Shown here: positions 34,412 through 44,077 of the stretch, in pieces
Layout: each line of letters opens with the position of its first letter
How positions within the stretch are numbered: the stretch's first letter is position 1
Origin: an uncultured Thermoleophilia bacterium
GTDB taxonomy: Bacteria > Actinomycetota > Thermoleophilia > UBA2241
Length of the DNA stretch: 64,000 nt
Reading direction: 5' to 3'
NCBI GenBank assembly: GCA_903927755.1
Contig: CAIYOD010000013.1
Location: 1,799-65,798, forward strand
The notes under the pieces: model-generated
Databases searched by the model: none
The model's input: the letters and a program-made list of their open reading frames with translations, nothing else
Told to the model about the DNA's origin: nothing
Position numbers and translations under genes: made by a program

Positions 34412-36949
34412 CTACTGCCCGGCAGACGCCCGGGGCGGCTGGTCTCCCTGGCGGGCCGCGGTCTGCGGGAGCGCGAAGTAGAACGCGGCGCCGTTGCCGA
34501 CCTCGCCCTCGGCCCACCACGTTCCGCCGAGTTGCTCGAGCACGCGCGCGACCGTGGCCAGACCGACTCCGGTGCCCGGGAACTCGTCCGCCGCGTGCAG
34601 CCGCTGGAACGGGCTGAACAGCTTGTCGACGTAGGCGGGGTCGAAGCCGGCGCCGTCGTCGCGGACCAGGAACGCCCTGCCGTCGTCGTGCTCGACCTCC
34701 CGAAACTCGATGTGCGCCTCAGGGCGAGCCGAGGTGAACTTCCACGCGTTCCCGAGGAGGTTCGTGAGGACGATGTCCAGGATGGCGACGTCCCCGGCCA
34801 CGACGAGACCGTCCTGGACGGCGATCTCGACCTGCCGGGCCGGGTCGGCGTCGCGGAGTCGCGCGACCACGCGCCGGGCAATCGCCGAGAGGTCGACCTG
34901 CGCGAGTTGCACGTCCAGACGCCCGACGCGCGAGAGTGAGAGGAGTGCGTCGATGAGCTGCCCCATGGACTGCGCCGCCGCGCGTACGCGCTGCAGGTCG
35001 CTCCGTCCCTGCTCGGCGATGACGTCGCCGTAGTCCTCCAGGACCGTGAGGCTGAAGCCGTCGACGGCGCGCAAGGGAGTTCTCAGATCATGGGCGACGG
35101 AGTAGACGAACTCCTGCAGTTCCCGATTGGCTGCGTCGAGCTCGCGTGTGCGCTCGGCGACGCGACGCTCGAGACCGGCGTTCAGCGCGCGGATCTCCTC
35201 CTCGGCGCGCTTGAGCTCGCCGACGTCGCGCGCCGCGGCGAAGACGCCCGCCACCTCGCCGTCGCTGCCGCGATACGGGGACGCGTTGTAGAGGACCGAC
35301 GTGAGGCTGCCGTCGCGATGCCTGATCTCGAGCGGGTAATCGCGCACGGCGCCGTCCCGGAAGACCCGCCGGTAGCTCGCCCGGGCCCTTTCCGGCTCCG
35401 TGAAGTACTCGGCGAAGTCGGTGCCGACGAGCTCCTCGCGCGAGCGGCCGGTGGCCGTCACGGTCGCCTCGTTGACGTCGGTGATCATGCCGGCGGGACC
35501 TATGGTCACAAAGGGGTCGAGGCTGGCTTCGAGCAGGCTGCGATTGTAGGCGCTGGTGCGGCGCAGTTCCGCCGCGGCTCTGCGCCGGCGAGTCTCCTCC
35601 TGCACCTCCGCCTCGACTTTGGCGGTGATGTCGCGGCCCGCCGCGATGATGAGCTGGCCCTCGAAGCGTGTCAGGCTCCACTCGATGAGCCGGTACGAGC
35701 CGTCGCGATGGCGCTGCCGGTTCACGAAGTCGACGAGCGGCCGGTCCTTGGTGAGGTGGGTGATGGCCTCTCGCGTCTTCTGGACGTCGTCCGGATGGAT
35801 GAACTCGTAGGCGGCGTGGCCCTCCGTCTCGGCCACAGGATGGCCGAGTGTCGCCTCCCATGCCGGACTCACGCGGTGGATGAGGCCCTCGGTGTCGGTG
35901 ATACCGAGGATGTCCGCCGACAGCGCGAAGAGCGTATCGATCTGTTCGGTCTGACGCGCCAGGTCGACCTCCGCCCGGCGCCGGCGCAGCGAGACGGCGG
36001 CGAGGCTGGCGAACGTCGCCAGCTCTTCTCGCGGGGGATCGGGGACATCTTGTCTCAGGGCGATGACCGAGGTGCCGTAGAGGGCGCCTTCGATGACGTA
36101 GGCGACGCCGATGAACCGGTCGACGCCGAGAAGCTTGCGCACGGTGGCGTCGACTGCGGGTGGGATGGCGCCGAAGCTCGCTTCCGTGAGCGTCGCCCGC
36201 GTCGCGTTCGAGCTGGCGAGGATCTCCCTGTAGTCGTCCTCGCTGACCGGGGAACGCGTCCCTGTCAGGCGTCGCGCGAGCGGCCTGGTGAGCGTCTTCA
36301 CGGCGCCCGGCTGGAACTCGATCGCCCGCGTGGCCAGGACCCGGTCCTTGGGGTCGTACTCGCTGAACGCCACGGCGACCGCCCCCGTCAGCTCGCGCAG
36401 TCTCGCTCCGAGGAACCTGCCTAGGTCGACATCGCCCGGGAGCGCGGCGAGGTCGACCGCCAGGTCGCTGATCGCGACGAGCCAACGGGACCGCTCCGCG
36501 AGGGCGGCGTCGGTGCGGCGCCGCTCGGTGATGTCGCGGACGATGTGCACGGCCCCCACGATCTCGCCACGCTCGCCGAAGAAGGGGTCGGCCGTCACCT
36601 GGTACCAGTGGTCGCCGAGCGCGAGTTCGAAGCTCTCGCGCCGGCCCGTACGCAGCATCTCTTGATACGGGCATCTCTCGAAGAACGTGCGGGAGCCGTG
36701 CATGAGCTCGTAGCACTTCTTGCCGGCGAGCTCTTCCGACCCCCGACCGAGGAACTCCGTCATGCTGCGGTTGCAGCGGACGACCGTCCCGTCGCGATCC
36801 AGCAGACAGACCATGTCGAAGATCGCGTCGAAGGTGGCCGACCACTGATCGGACGACTCGCCGGGTGTCGGGCCCCGTACGCGCAATGGCGCGCCCTGAC
36901 TTCGCGAGGGCGCGCTGTCCTCGGGGGGCATGTGGTCGTGGCCGCGCAT
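34412..36949 (-). CDS. Cytoplasmic multi-PAS sensor histidine kinase
   Basis: PAS - GAF-like - PAS - PAS; SVAHDLRTPL H-box, NLLGNAWKF, DDGAGFD, GTGVGLA. Confidence 0.9.
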   Translation of the reverse strand: MRGHDHMPPEDSAPSRSQGAPLRVRGPTPGESSDQWSATFDAIFDMVCLLDRDGTVVRCNRSMTEFLGRGSEELAGKKCYELMHGSRTFFERCPYQEMLRTGRRESFELALGDHWYQVTADPFFGERGEIVGAVHIVRDITERRRTDAALAERSRWLVAISDLAVDLAALPGDVDLGRFLGARLRELTGAVAVAFSEYDPKDRVLATRAIEFQPGAVKTLTRPLARRLTGTRSPVSEDDYREILASSNATRATLTEASFGAIPPAVDATVRKLLGVDRFIGVAYVIEGALYGTSVIALRQDVPDPPREELATFASLAAVSLRRRRAEVDLARQTEQIDTLFALSADILGITDTEGLIHRVSPAWEATLGHPVAETEGHAAYEFIHPDDVQKTREAITHLTKDRPLVDFVNRQRHRDGSYRLIEWSLTRFEGQLIIAAGRDITAKVEAEVQEETRRRRAAAELRRTSAYNRSLLEASLDPFVTIGPAGMITDVNEATVTATGRSREELVGTDFAEYFTEPERARASYRRVFRDGAVRDYPLEIRHRDGSLTSVLYNASPYRGSDGEVAGVFAAARDVGELKRAEEEIRALNAGLERRVAERTRELDAANRELQEFVYSVAHDLRTPLRAVDGFSLTVLEDYGDVIAEQGRSDLQRVRAAAQSMGQLIDALLSLSRVGRLDVQLAQVDLSAIARRVVARLRDADPARQVEIAVQDGLVVAGDVAILDIVLTNLLGNAWKFTSARPEAHIEFREVEHDDGRAFLVRDDGAGFDPAYVDKLFSPFQRLHAADEFPGTGVGLATVARVLEQLGGTWWAEGEVGNGAAFYFALPQTAARQGDQPPRASAGQ

Positions 36950-37066
36950 CGGGCGGTCACCTCTTCCGATGGCTCTGGTCCGACTATCCCCCCGGGGGAG
37001 GGAAAGTCAAGGAAGCCGCGTCGACAGGTCTGGCGGGCCGTCGTGCGCTCGGCAGGGCGTCCGGGC

Positions 37067-39712
37067 TCAGCGCCGGTAGAGCCGCAGCCCGTTGGCGGTG
37101 ACGAGCAGCGAGGTGCCCATGTCGGCGAACACGGCGAGCCACAGGCTGACCAGGCCGAGCGGGGCGAGCACCAGGAAGATCGCCTTGATGACGATCGAGA
37201 AGACCATGTTCTGCCAGATGACGCGTGTGGTACGACGGGCCAGACGGATCGTCTCGGGGATCGCCGAGAGGTCGTCGCCCATGAGGGCGATGTCGGCGGT
37301 CTCGAGGGCGGCGTCGGTGCCGGCGGCGCCCATGGCGATGCCGAGGGTGGCGGCCGCCAGGGCCGGGGCGTCGTTGACACCGTCGCCGACCATCGCGACC
37401 GCGCCGGCGCGGTCGCGCAGCCCGGCGACGGCCGCGACCTTCTGCTCGGGGAGGAGGCCGGCGCGGACGTCGGTGACGCCGGCCTCGGCGGCGACCGGCG
37501 CCGCCGTGTCCGGGTTGTCGCCGGTCAGCATCGCCACGTCCTTGACGCCGAGCGCGCGCAGCTGCTCGACGGTCTCGCGGGCGCCGGCGCGCAGCGGGTC
37601 GCTGACGGCGATCACGCCGAGCGCGCCGTCCTCGTCGCCGACCACCACGGCGGTCTTGCCCTGGCGCTCGAGCCCCTCCACCGCCCGGACGAGCGCCGGA
37701 TCCGCGGCGTGCGGGCCGAGGAGATCCGGTCGGCCGATGAAGTGGAGCCGGCCGTCCAGCTCGGCCCGCACGCCGCGTCCGGGGATGGCGCGGAAGCGCT
37801 CGACGTCCGGGCCGTGCCCGCCGGGATGGCGCGCCGCGTCGTCGTTGGGCATCGAGTGATCGCGTGCGCCGTGGTCGCGCCCGTCGTGATCGCGTCGGCT
37901 GTCCGGCTTCCCGGCGCCCGTGCTCGCCGAGCAGCAGCCGGGTGTGGAGCAGGAGCAGGCGGCGACCGGAGCCTCGACCGGAGTCGCGGCGGGGACGGCA
38001 AACGCAGCGACCGTGCCGACCTGGCCACCGCCCGCGTCCGCGCGCGCAATGATCGCCCGCGCCAGCGGGTGCTCGCTGTAGCGCTCGAGCGCTGCGGCGA
38101 TCTGCAGCACCTGCTCCTCCGACGCTCCGCTCAGCGGCACGACGTCCGTCACCTGGGGGCGGCCCAGCGTGAGGGTCCCCGTCTTGTCGAAGGCAACTGC
38201 CTTCAGGCCGGCCATCTGCTCCAGGTAGGCGCCGCCCTTGATCAGGACGCCGTTCCTGGTCGCCCGGGCGAGAGCCGCGAGGATGCTCACCGGAGTCGAG
38301 ATGACGAGCGCGCAGGGGCAGCTGATGATGAGCAGCGCGAGGCCGCGGTAGAACCACGTGTCGAACGAGGCGCCGAAGAGCGGCGGGATGAAGGCGACGG
38401 CCGCGGCGAGCGTCACGACGACCGGGGTGTAGCGGCTGGCGAAGCGGTCGACGATGGTCTCAGCGGGTGCGCGCTGCGCCTGCGCCTCCTCGACCATGTG
38501 GACGATCTTGGCGATGGTCGTGTCCGCGGCCGCCGCGGTGGCGCGCACGCGAAGGGTACCGCCCTCGATGATCGAGCCGGCGAAGACCTGGTCGCCCGGT
38601 GCTTTGGCGACCGGGATGGACTCGCCGGTGACCGGCGCCTGGTCGGCCGCGGCGGCGCCCTCGAGGACAACCCCGTCGATCGCCGCGCGCTCTCCCGGCC
38701 GCACGATCACGACGTCGCCGACGACGATGTCCCCGACGTCGATCGTCTTCTCCTCCAGCTCGCCGTCGTCCTCGCAGGGACGAAGCACCGTCGCCGTCGG
38801 AGGCGCCAGGCTCATCAGCCCGCTGATCGCCCGCCGCGTCCGCTCCAGCGTCGCCGCCTGAAGCACCGTCCCGAGGCTGAACAGGAACGCGACCAGGGCC
38901 GCTTCGCTCCACTGCCCGATTGCGGCGGCGCCGATCATCGCAAGTGTCATGAGGACATTCATGTCGATCTGGCGCGCGCGCAGGCTGAACAGGGCCGCGC
39001 GCGCCACGAACACGCCGCCGCTGACCACGGCGGCGCCGAAGAGCCAGGGCGCCGCCGTGGGGGCGATGACGCCCGCGATGAACCCGGCCACCGTCAGGAG
39101 GCCGGAGACGAGTGTGGCCAGAGCGCGGGGCTCTGAGAGCCAGAAGGCGCGCGACGCACCCGCTGCGGCCGCGCCGCGCGTGCCGGCCGCCTCGTCCTGT
39201 GAGCGCCGCTCCACGGTGTCGTAGCCGAGGCGGCGCACGGCGCGGTAGACGTCCGGCAGTGCAGTCTGGCCGGGGTCGATCGCGATGGCCAGGGTGGCCG
39301 CACCGAAGTTGACGTCCGCGCTGCGCACGCCGCGCTCCTTGCGCAGCGCGGACTGCAGCTTGACGGCGCAGTCGGCGCAGTCCATGCCGGTGACGTGCAG
39401 CACCCGCCGGTCGCCGCCCTCCTCGCCGGGCAGCGGTCGCGTGAGGTCCAGCGCTCCGTGTTCGTGGGTGGCGAGCGGGCAGTGTTCCTGGCAGTGGGCC
39501 TGGGCACCGGCGCGGCGGGCGAACGTCTCCACGGCGTCGCCGCTCAGGGCCTCCTCATCGAACCTCACGAGGACGAGACCGCGAGTGACGTCCGGCTCGA
39601 CTCCGTGGATGCCGTCGAGCCGCAGCAACTCGCTGCCGACCTCGTCCACGCAGCCCCCGCACTCGGCGGCTCGGGGGAGCAGGAGGGCGAGCTCGAGGAC
39701 GCGCCCGGTCAC
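37067..39712 (-). CDS. Heavy-metal P1B-type ATPase (CadA/ZntA-like, Zn/Cd/Pb)
   Basis: Metal-binding domains CGGC and GMDCADC, TGES, CPC, DKTGTLT, SEHPLA, GDGVNDAPA, TM7 Lys and TM8 DMG (P1B-2 signature). Confidence 0.93.
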   Translation of the reverse strand: MTGRVLELALLLPRAAECGGCVDEVGSELLRLDGIHGVEPDVTRGLVLVRFDEEALSGDAVETFARRAGAQAHCQEHCPLATHEHGALDLTRPLPGEEGGDRRVLHVTGMDCADCAVKLQSALRKERGVRSADVNFGAATLAIAIDPGQTALPDVYRAVRRLGYDTVERRSQDEAAGTRGAAAAGASRAFWLSEPRALATLVSGLLTVAGFIAGVIAPTAAPWLFGAAVVSGGVFVARAALFSLRARQIDMNVLMTLAMIGAAAIGQWSEAALVAFLFSLGTVLQAATLERTRRAISGLMSLAPPTATVLRPCEDDGELEEKTIDVGDIVVGDVVIVRPGERAAIDGVVLEGAAAADQAPVTGESIPVAKAPGDQVFAGSIIEGGTLRVRATAAAADTTIAKIVHMVEEAQAQRAPAETIVDRFASRYTPVVVTLAAAVAFIPPLFGASFDTWFYRGLALLIISCPCALVISTPVSILAALARATRNGVLIKGGAYLEQMAGLKAVAFDKTGTLTLGRPQVTDVVPLSGASEEQVLQIAAALERYSEHPLARAIIARADAGGGQVGTVAAFAVPAATPVEAPVAACSCSTPGCCSASTGAGKPDSRRDHDGRDHGARDHSMPNDDAARHPGGHGPDVERFRAIPGRGVRAELDGRLHFIGRPDLLGPHAADPALVRAVEGLERQGKTAVVVGDEDGALGVIAVSDPLRAGARETVEQLRALGVKDVAMLTGDNPDTAAPVAAEAGVTDVRAGLLPEQKVAAVAGLRDRAGAVAMVGDGVNDAPALAAATLGIAMGAAGTDAALETADIALMGDDLSAIPETIRLARRTTRVIWQNMVFSIVIKAIFLVLAPLGLVSLWLAVFADMGTSLLVTANGLRLYRR

Positions 39713-40188
39713 GGCCGTCCGCCTCCGGCGGCGGCCGACTTGCGTGCCGGCTCGCCGTCCGCCCCGACGGAGAGATCCTCGGGCCCGTGCTCGATGTGCT
39801 CACGCGTGATGTCCAGCAGCACGCGGATATGCGCGTCGTCGGGTGAGTAGAAGACCATCTTGCCCGCCCGGCGCGCGCGCACGAGCCCGTTGGCACGCAG
39901 CACCCGCAGGTGGTGGCTGACGTTGCTCTCGCTCATCTCGACGGTGGCGGCCAGGTCGCAGACGCACAGCTCCCCGGCCTCGATGATGGCCGCCATCAGG
40001 CGACAGCGACTCTGGTCGGCCAGGACCTTGAAGACCGTGGCCATCTGGCCGGCCACACTCGGTGACACCAGGCGGGCGCGCACTGCGGTGACCCGCTCCG
40101 GGTCGACGACGTGCACGTCACAGTGGTCCAGCAGATCCTCGTCGTCCTTGCCGCAGATCACCGGGGGATCGGGCGGAGTCCTCACCAC
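39709..40188 (-). CDS. ArsR/SmtB family metal-responsive repressor (CadC/SmtB-like)
   Basis: FKVLAD..R, ELCVCDLA, SNVSHHLRVLR, RRAGKMVFY, DAH...EHIEH; GTG start after AGAGGAG. Confidence 0.9.
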   Translation of the reverse strand: MVRTPPDPPVICGKDDEDLLDHCDVHVVDPERVTAVRARLVSPSVAGQMATVFKVLADQSRCRLMAAIIEAGELCVCDLAATVEMSESNVSHHLRVLRANGLVRARRAGKMVFYSPDDAHIRVLLDITREHIEHGPEDLSVGADGEPARKSAAAGGGRP

Positions 40189-40204
40189 TTCGTCTCCTCT
40201 TCTG

Positions 40205-40230
40205 AACATATGAGCAAGTGTTCAGATGTT
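40205..40230. promoter_or_regulatory. SmtB/CzrA-type 12-2-12 operator
   Basis: AACATATGAGCA-AG-TGTTCAGATGTT, 10/12 inverted repeat directly upstream of the ArsR gene. Confidence 0.8.
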
Positions 40231-40321
40231 ACCCCGGATGCGAGGACGTGACAAGACGTGCCGTTCTGGTGGTCCGGCCACCCTCGAGCAGGCGGTCTAC
40301 CGCAGGCCTGCTGCCGAGCGG

Positions 40322-41119
40322 TCAGGCATCGTCGTGCGGAGGCGGCGCTTCGCCGGAGGCGGGGCTCGGCTCAGCCGGCGGAGCGGCTGCGCTCTCGCCG
40401 CGAGTGCGGTACACGCGCATCCCGGGGCGCCGCGTGCGCCGGGCCCCGAGCACCGTTCGGCGCACGTGGTGGGGAAGGTCAACCGGCTCCGGCGCCTTGA
40501 TGCCGTACTTCAGCGCCAGCATGCGCAGTCCGAACACGATGGCGATGGTGACCCACTCGGAGATCACCTTGTCGATGCCGGCCCACTCGACCATGCCCAC
40601 GTAGATGATCGCGCCGAGGATCGCCGCCAGGTAGTTGATGGGGCCGGGGAGGACGAGCTGAGGCGTCTCCCCGGCCAGCAGGTCGCGCAGCACGGCCCCC
40701 CCGAACGCGGAGATGCAGCCGACCAGGATGGCGGCGAAGCTGCCGAGGTCGGCGTTGAGTGTCTGCTGCGCACCGATGACGGCGAACAGGCCCATCCAGA
40801 TCGGGTCCAGGATGTTGAGGAGCAGTGCCCCCCGATGGACGAGCGAGGCGAAGAAGAAACCGATGAAGGCTGCGCCCACGACAAGCGGCAGGTACGAGGG
40901 ATCGGTGAGTGCCACCGGGGTGTGGCCCAGCAGCAGGTCGCGGATGATTCCGCCGCCGAGCCCGGTCGCGATCGCGATCGCCAGCACGCCGGTCACGGCG
41001 AATTTGCGCTGCACCGAGAAGATGGCGCCGCTGAGGCCGCCGAGGAACACGGCCGCGAGGCTGATGGCGAGCGGTGGTTCGACGACCGCGCCCACCAGCG
41101 TGAGTGGGAAGAGGCTCAT
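40322..41119 (-). CDS. TRIC/UPF0126 (YadS-like) membrane protein
   Basis: Duplicated GLGGGIIRDLLLG / FGGAVLRDLLAG motifs, about 7 TM. Confidence 0.88.
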   Translation of the reverse strand: MSLFPLTLVGAVVEPPLAISLAAVFLGGLSGAIFSVQRKFAVTGVLAIAIATGLGGGIIRDLLLGHTPVALTDPSYLPLVVGAAFIGFFFASLVHRGALLLNILDPIWMGLFAVIGAQQTLNADLGSFAAILVGCISAFGGAVLRDLLAGETPQLVLPGPINYLAAILGAIIYVGMVEWAGIDKVISEWVTIAIVFGLRMLALKYGIKAPEPVDLPHHVRRTVLGARRTRRPGMRVYRTRGESAAAPPAEPSPASGEAPPPHDDA

Positions 41120-41253
41120 GCCGGTGACCTATTCCCGGCCGTCCGCCCGACTTCCTCCGGGGCGGCCCGCCGCCGGAGGGCTTCGACGCCCGCCTCCGGT
41201 CGGTCGACCGGAGTCTCCGGCGCCCGACGTCGGCGGGCCGCAGTGCCCGCGGC

Positions 41254-41418
41254 TCAGCTCTTCGTCTTGCCGCACTCGTTGCAGTTGCCGCTGCAGCCGA
41301 GCGGGATCGTGGCGAGGCAGCGTGGACAGCGGAGCAGGAGCGTCTCCAGCTGGAGGCCGCAGTCGGGGCAGGTGAGCAGGCCGCAGCTCCGCGGGGCCAC
41401 CAGTTCCGGCGCTTTCAC
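41254..41418 (-). CDS. 54-aa Cys-rich protein coupled to feoB (FeoC-like candidate)
   Basis: GTG start overlaps the feoB stop (GTGA); MKAPELVAPRSCGLLTCPDCGLQLETLLLRCPRCLATIPLGCSGNCNECGKTKS, 8 Cys. Confidence 0.7.
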   Translation of the reverse strand: MKAPELVAPRSCGLLTCPDCGLQLETLLLRCPRCLATIPLGCSGNCNECGKTKS

Positions 41419-43277
41419 AGGACACCCGCGACGCGCGCGACGACCCCGCCGACGGCGAACGCCAGGCCGACGCTGCCGAACCACACGGCGGCGGTGAACA
41501 GCCTGCCGCGCTCCTTCATGATGATGAGGACCGAGGCGATGCACGGCACGAACAGCGTGATCGTCACGAGGGCGACCAGGATCTGGGTGCCGCTGAGGCC
41601 GAGCTCGAAGAGCCCGGCCGCGCCGAAGTCACGCCGCACGAACCCCATGACGAAGGCGTTCGACGCCGCCGCGGGGAGTTCCAGCCAGCCCACGGTGAGG
41701 GGCGCGAGGAGGCCCTGCAGGGCCTGGAGCGCGCCCGTCAGCTCGAGCACGCTGAGCAGCAGCGCGCCGGCGACGAAGTACAGGGTCACCTCCTTCAGGA
41801 ACATGACGGTCTTGTGGTAGGTCTTGGTGAGCACGTTGCGCGGTCGCGGCAGGCGCAGCGGCGGCAGGTCGATGAGCAGATCGGTCGACTTTCCTGGAAG
41901 GACGCGGTCCAGGGCCAGACCGATCAGGCCGAAGATGAAGACCATGATGACGCCGTAGGCGATGGCGATCGTGCCGCCTCCCGCGGCCGCGAGCAGCGCG
42001 ACGACGACGCCGAGCTGGGCGGAGCAGGGGATCGCGAAGGCCATGAGCGCCGTCGCGATCCGTCGCTCGCGCTCGTTGCCCAGGATCCGCGTCGTCATGG
42101 TCGCCATGGTGATGCAGCCGAAGCCGAGGATCATGGGGATGATGGCGCGGCCGTTGAGGCCGATGCCGGACATCAGGCGATCGGAGAGCGCGGCGATGCG
42201 CGGCAGGTAGCCCGAGTCCTCCAGCGTGGACATCAGCAGGTAGAAGGCGACGACCAGCGGCAGCAACAGGCCGAAGATGTAGGTCACCGTCATGGTGACG
42301 ACGCCGAACTCGCCGGCGAGGATGCTGTAGGGGACGCCGGACGAGCCGGTCACCTGCTCGATCGCGCCACGAAGGAACGGCTCCACGTAGCCCTGCATGA
42401 TCGTGCCCTCCGTGAAGCCCACCACCGTCCCGGCCACGAACACGCCGATGACTTCGTACATGACGAACAGCGTGAAGGCGAGCACCGGGATGCCGACGAG
42501 TGGGCGGACCAGGGCGCGGCCGAGCCGGGCGCCGAAGTCGGCCCGGCCCTGCGGCCGGTGGACTACGGCGGCGGTCACGTCGTTCACCCGCCGCCGCCGG
42601 TCCTGGTACACACCGTCTCTCTGTCCGTCGACGCTCACGCCGGTGCGCTCGGACACGAACGGGTCCGCCTCCAGCACGAGCAGCGCCTCGGGGCGAGTGT
42701 CCACGCGGTCGAGCAGTTCGGTCAGGCGCTCCTGCAACTCACGGTCGGAGCGCCCGACGCGCGCCTCGTCGAGTGCCTCGCGCACCTCGTCGAACCCTTC
42801 GCGGCGGACCGCGACGGTAGAGATCACGGGGACGTCGAGGAGCCGGGAGAGCTGCTCGACGTCGATGTCCACGCCCTTGGCCGCCGCCTCGTCGATCATG
42901 TTGAGGGCCACGACCACGGGGATGCCCATGTCGATGACCTGCTGCGTGAGGAAGAGGTCGCGCTCCAGATGCACGGCGTCGACGACGTTGAGGATCACGT
43001 CGGCCTCCATGACGATGTCGCGCGCCACTGTCTCCTCGTCGTTGAACGAGGACACGCCGTAGATGCCCGGGGTGTCCAGCACGACGTCGTCGCCCATGCG
43101 CCCACTGGAGACGGCGACAGTCGTGCCGGGGTAGTTGGAGACGTCGACGTACAGGCCGGTGAACGCGTTGAAGAAGAGCGACTTGCCGACGTTGGGGTTG
43201 CCGACGAGGACGATCCTTCGGGCCGCGGCCGGCGCCTCGACGGTCGTCGGCTCGCAGCACGCCGCTGTGGCGCTCAC
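41415..43277 (-). CDS. feoB: Ferrous iron transporter FeoB
   Basis: GNPNVGKS, NYPGTTV, DTPG, NMID, LEDSGYLPR, GFGC, IPCSA, FVPC. Confidence 0.95.
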   Translation of the reverse strand: MSATAACCEPTTVEAPAAARRIVLVGNPNVGKSLFFNAFTGLYVDVSNYPGTTVAVSSGRMGDDVVLDTPGIYGVSSFNDEETVARDIVMEADVILNVVDAVHLERDLFLTQQVIDMGIPVVVALNMIDEAAAKGVDIDVEQLSRLLDVPVISTVAVRREGFDEVREALDEARVGRSDRELQERLTELLDRVDTRPEALLVLEADPFVSERTGVSVDGQRDGVYQDRRRRVNDVTAAVVHRPQGRADFGARLGRALVRPLVGIPVLAFTLFVMYEVIGVFVAGTVVGFTEGTIMQGYVEPFLRGAIEQVTGSSGVPYSILAGEFGVVTMTVTYIFGLLLPLVVAFYLLMSTLEDSGYLPRIAALSDRLMSGIGLNGRAIIPMILGFGCITMATMTTRILGNERERRIATALMAFAIPCSAQLGVVVALLAAAGGGTIAIAYGVIMVFIFGLIGLALDRVLPGKSTDLLIDLPPLRLPRPRNVLTKTYHKTVMFLKEVTLYFVAGALLLSVLELTGALQALQGLLAPLTVGWLELPAAASNAFVMGFVRRDFGAAGLFELGLSGTQILVALVTITLFVPCIASVLIIMKERGRLFTAAVWFGSVGLAFAVGGVVARVAGVL

Positions 43278-43501
43278 GCGCCCGCCGCGTCTTCGATGAG
43301 GACGCGGCGGGCGAGCTTGCGGCCCATGCAGATCTCCTGCTGGCAGTGACGCACGAGCACCGGTCCGAACGGGAGCTTCTCAGCCGACTCGACGACCGTG
43401 CCTTCACCGATGCCGAACCGCACGCACTGCGCGCGGGCCCTTTCGTCATCGATCTTGAGGATCCGTACCGGCCTGCCCGGCCGGGCGTCGAGCAGCGTCA
43501 T
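43274..43501 (-). CDS. feoA: FeoA family protein
   Basis: 75 aa, RFGIGEGTVV..PFGPVLV, coupled to feoB. Confidence 0.9.
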   Translation of the reverse strand: MTLLDARPGRPVRILKIDDERARAQCVRFGIGEGTVVESAEKLPFGPVLVRHCQQEICMGRKLARRVLIEDAAGA

Positions 43502-43532
43502 GCAGCATCCTTTAGAAGGGGGTACGACAGAG

Positions 43533-43579
43533 AGTAGTTAGGGAACCCTAATCACAGGCAATAGGATAGCCTTCTACCA
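43533..43579. promoter_or_regulatory. DtxR/IdeR-type iron box(es) upstream of feoA
   Basis: Perfect palindrome TTAGGG-AA-CCCTAA (43538-43551) resembling the IdeR consensus TTAGGTTAGGCTAACCTAA; weaker ATAGGATAGCCTT at 43561. Confidence 0.7.
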
Positions 43580-43666
43580 GAGCGACGTCAACGCGCCGGG
43601 GATGCCGTCTTGGGAAAGCCCCTCATCGCGTGACGGAATCCCGAAGACCGAAGCGAAGGAACGACA

Positions 43667-44062
43667 ATGGACAACTTGATCGTCTGGGCCGACGTCCCAG
43701 TACTGGATCTGGACCGCGCCATGAGATTCTACGGCGCTGTCTTGCAGCGGCCGTTCGTCACGATGGAGGGCATGGATGGGGTCGCGTTGCCCGGCCCGAA
43801 CGAAGGGGAAGACCCGTCCGGGCAGGACATGTCCGTCGCTTTCGACCTCGTCCAGCGCCAGGAGGTGACGCCGAGTCACGAGGGCTGCACCATCTACCTG
43901 GAGGCCGGTGACGACGCGCGGGGGATGCTCCAACGGGCGGCGGAGGCCGGAGGCGAGATCCTCTCGCCGGCGGCGTTCATGGGGGAGATGGTCGGCACCA
44001 TCGGCTTCTTCCAGGACAGCGAGGGCAACCGCATCGGCGTGCACCAGCAGGGCGGTGCTTGA
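43667..44062 (+). CDS. VOC/glyoxalase family protein
   Basis: WADVPVLDLDRAMRFY, AGGEIL, FQDSEGNRIGV. Confidence 0.9.
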   Translation: MDNLIVWADVPVLDLDRAMRFYGAVLQRPFVTMEGMDGVALPGPNEGEDPSGQDMSVAFDLVQRQEVTPSHEGCTIYLEAGDDARGMLQRAAEAGGEILSPAAFMGEMVGTIGFFQDSEGNRIGVHQQGGA

Positions 44063-44077
44063 CGCCGACGCCGGGGG

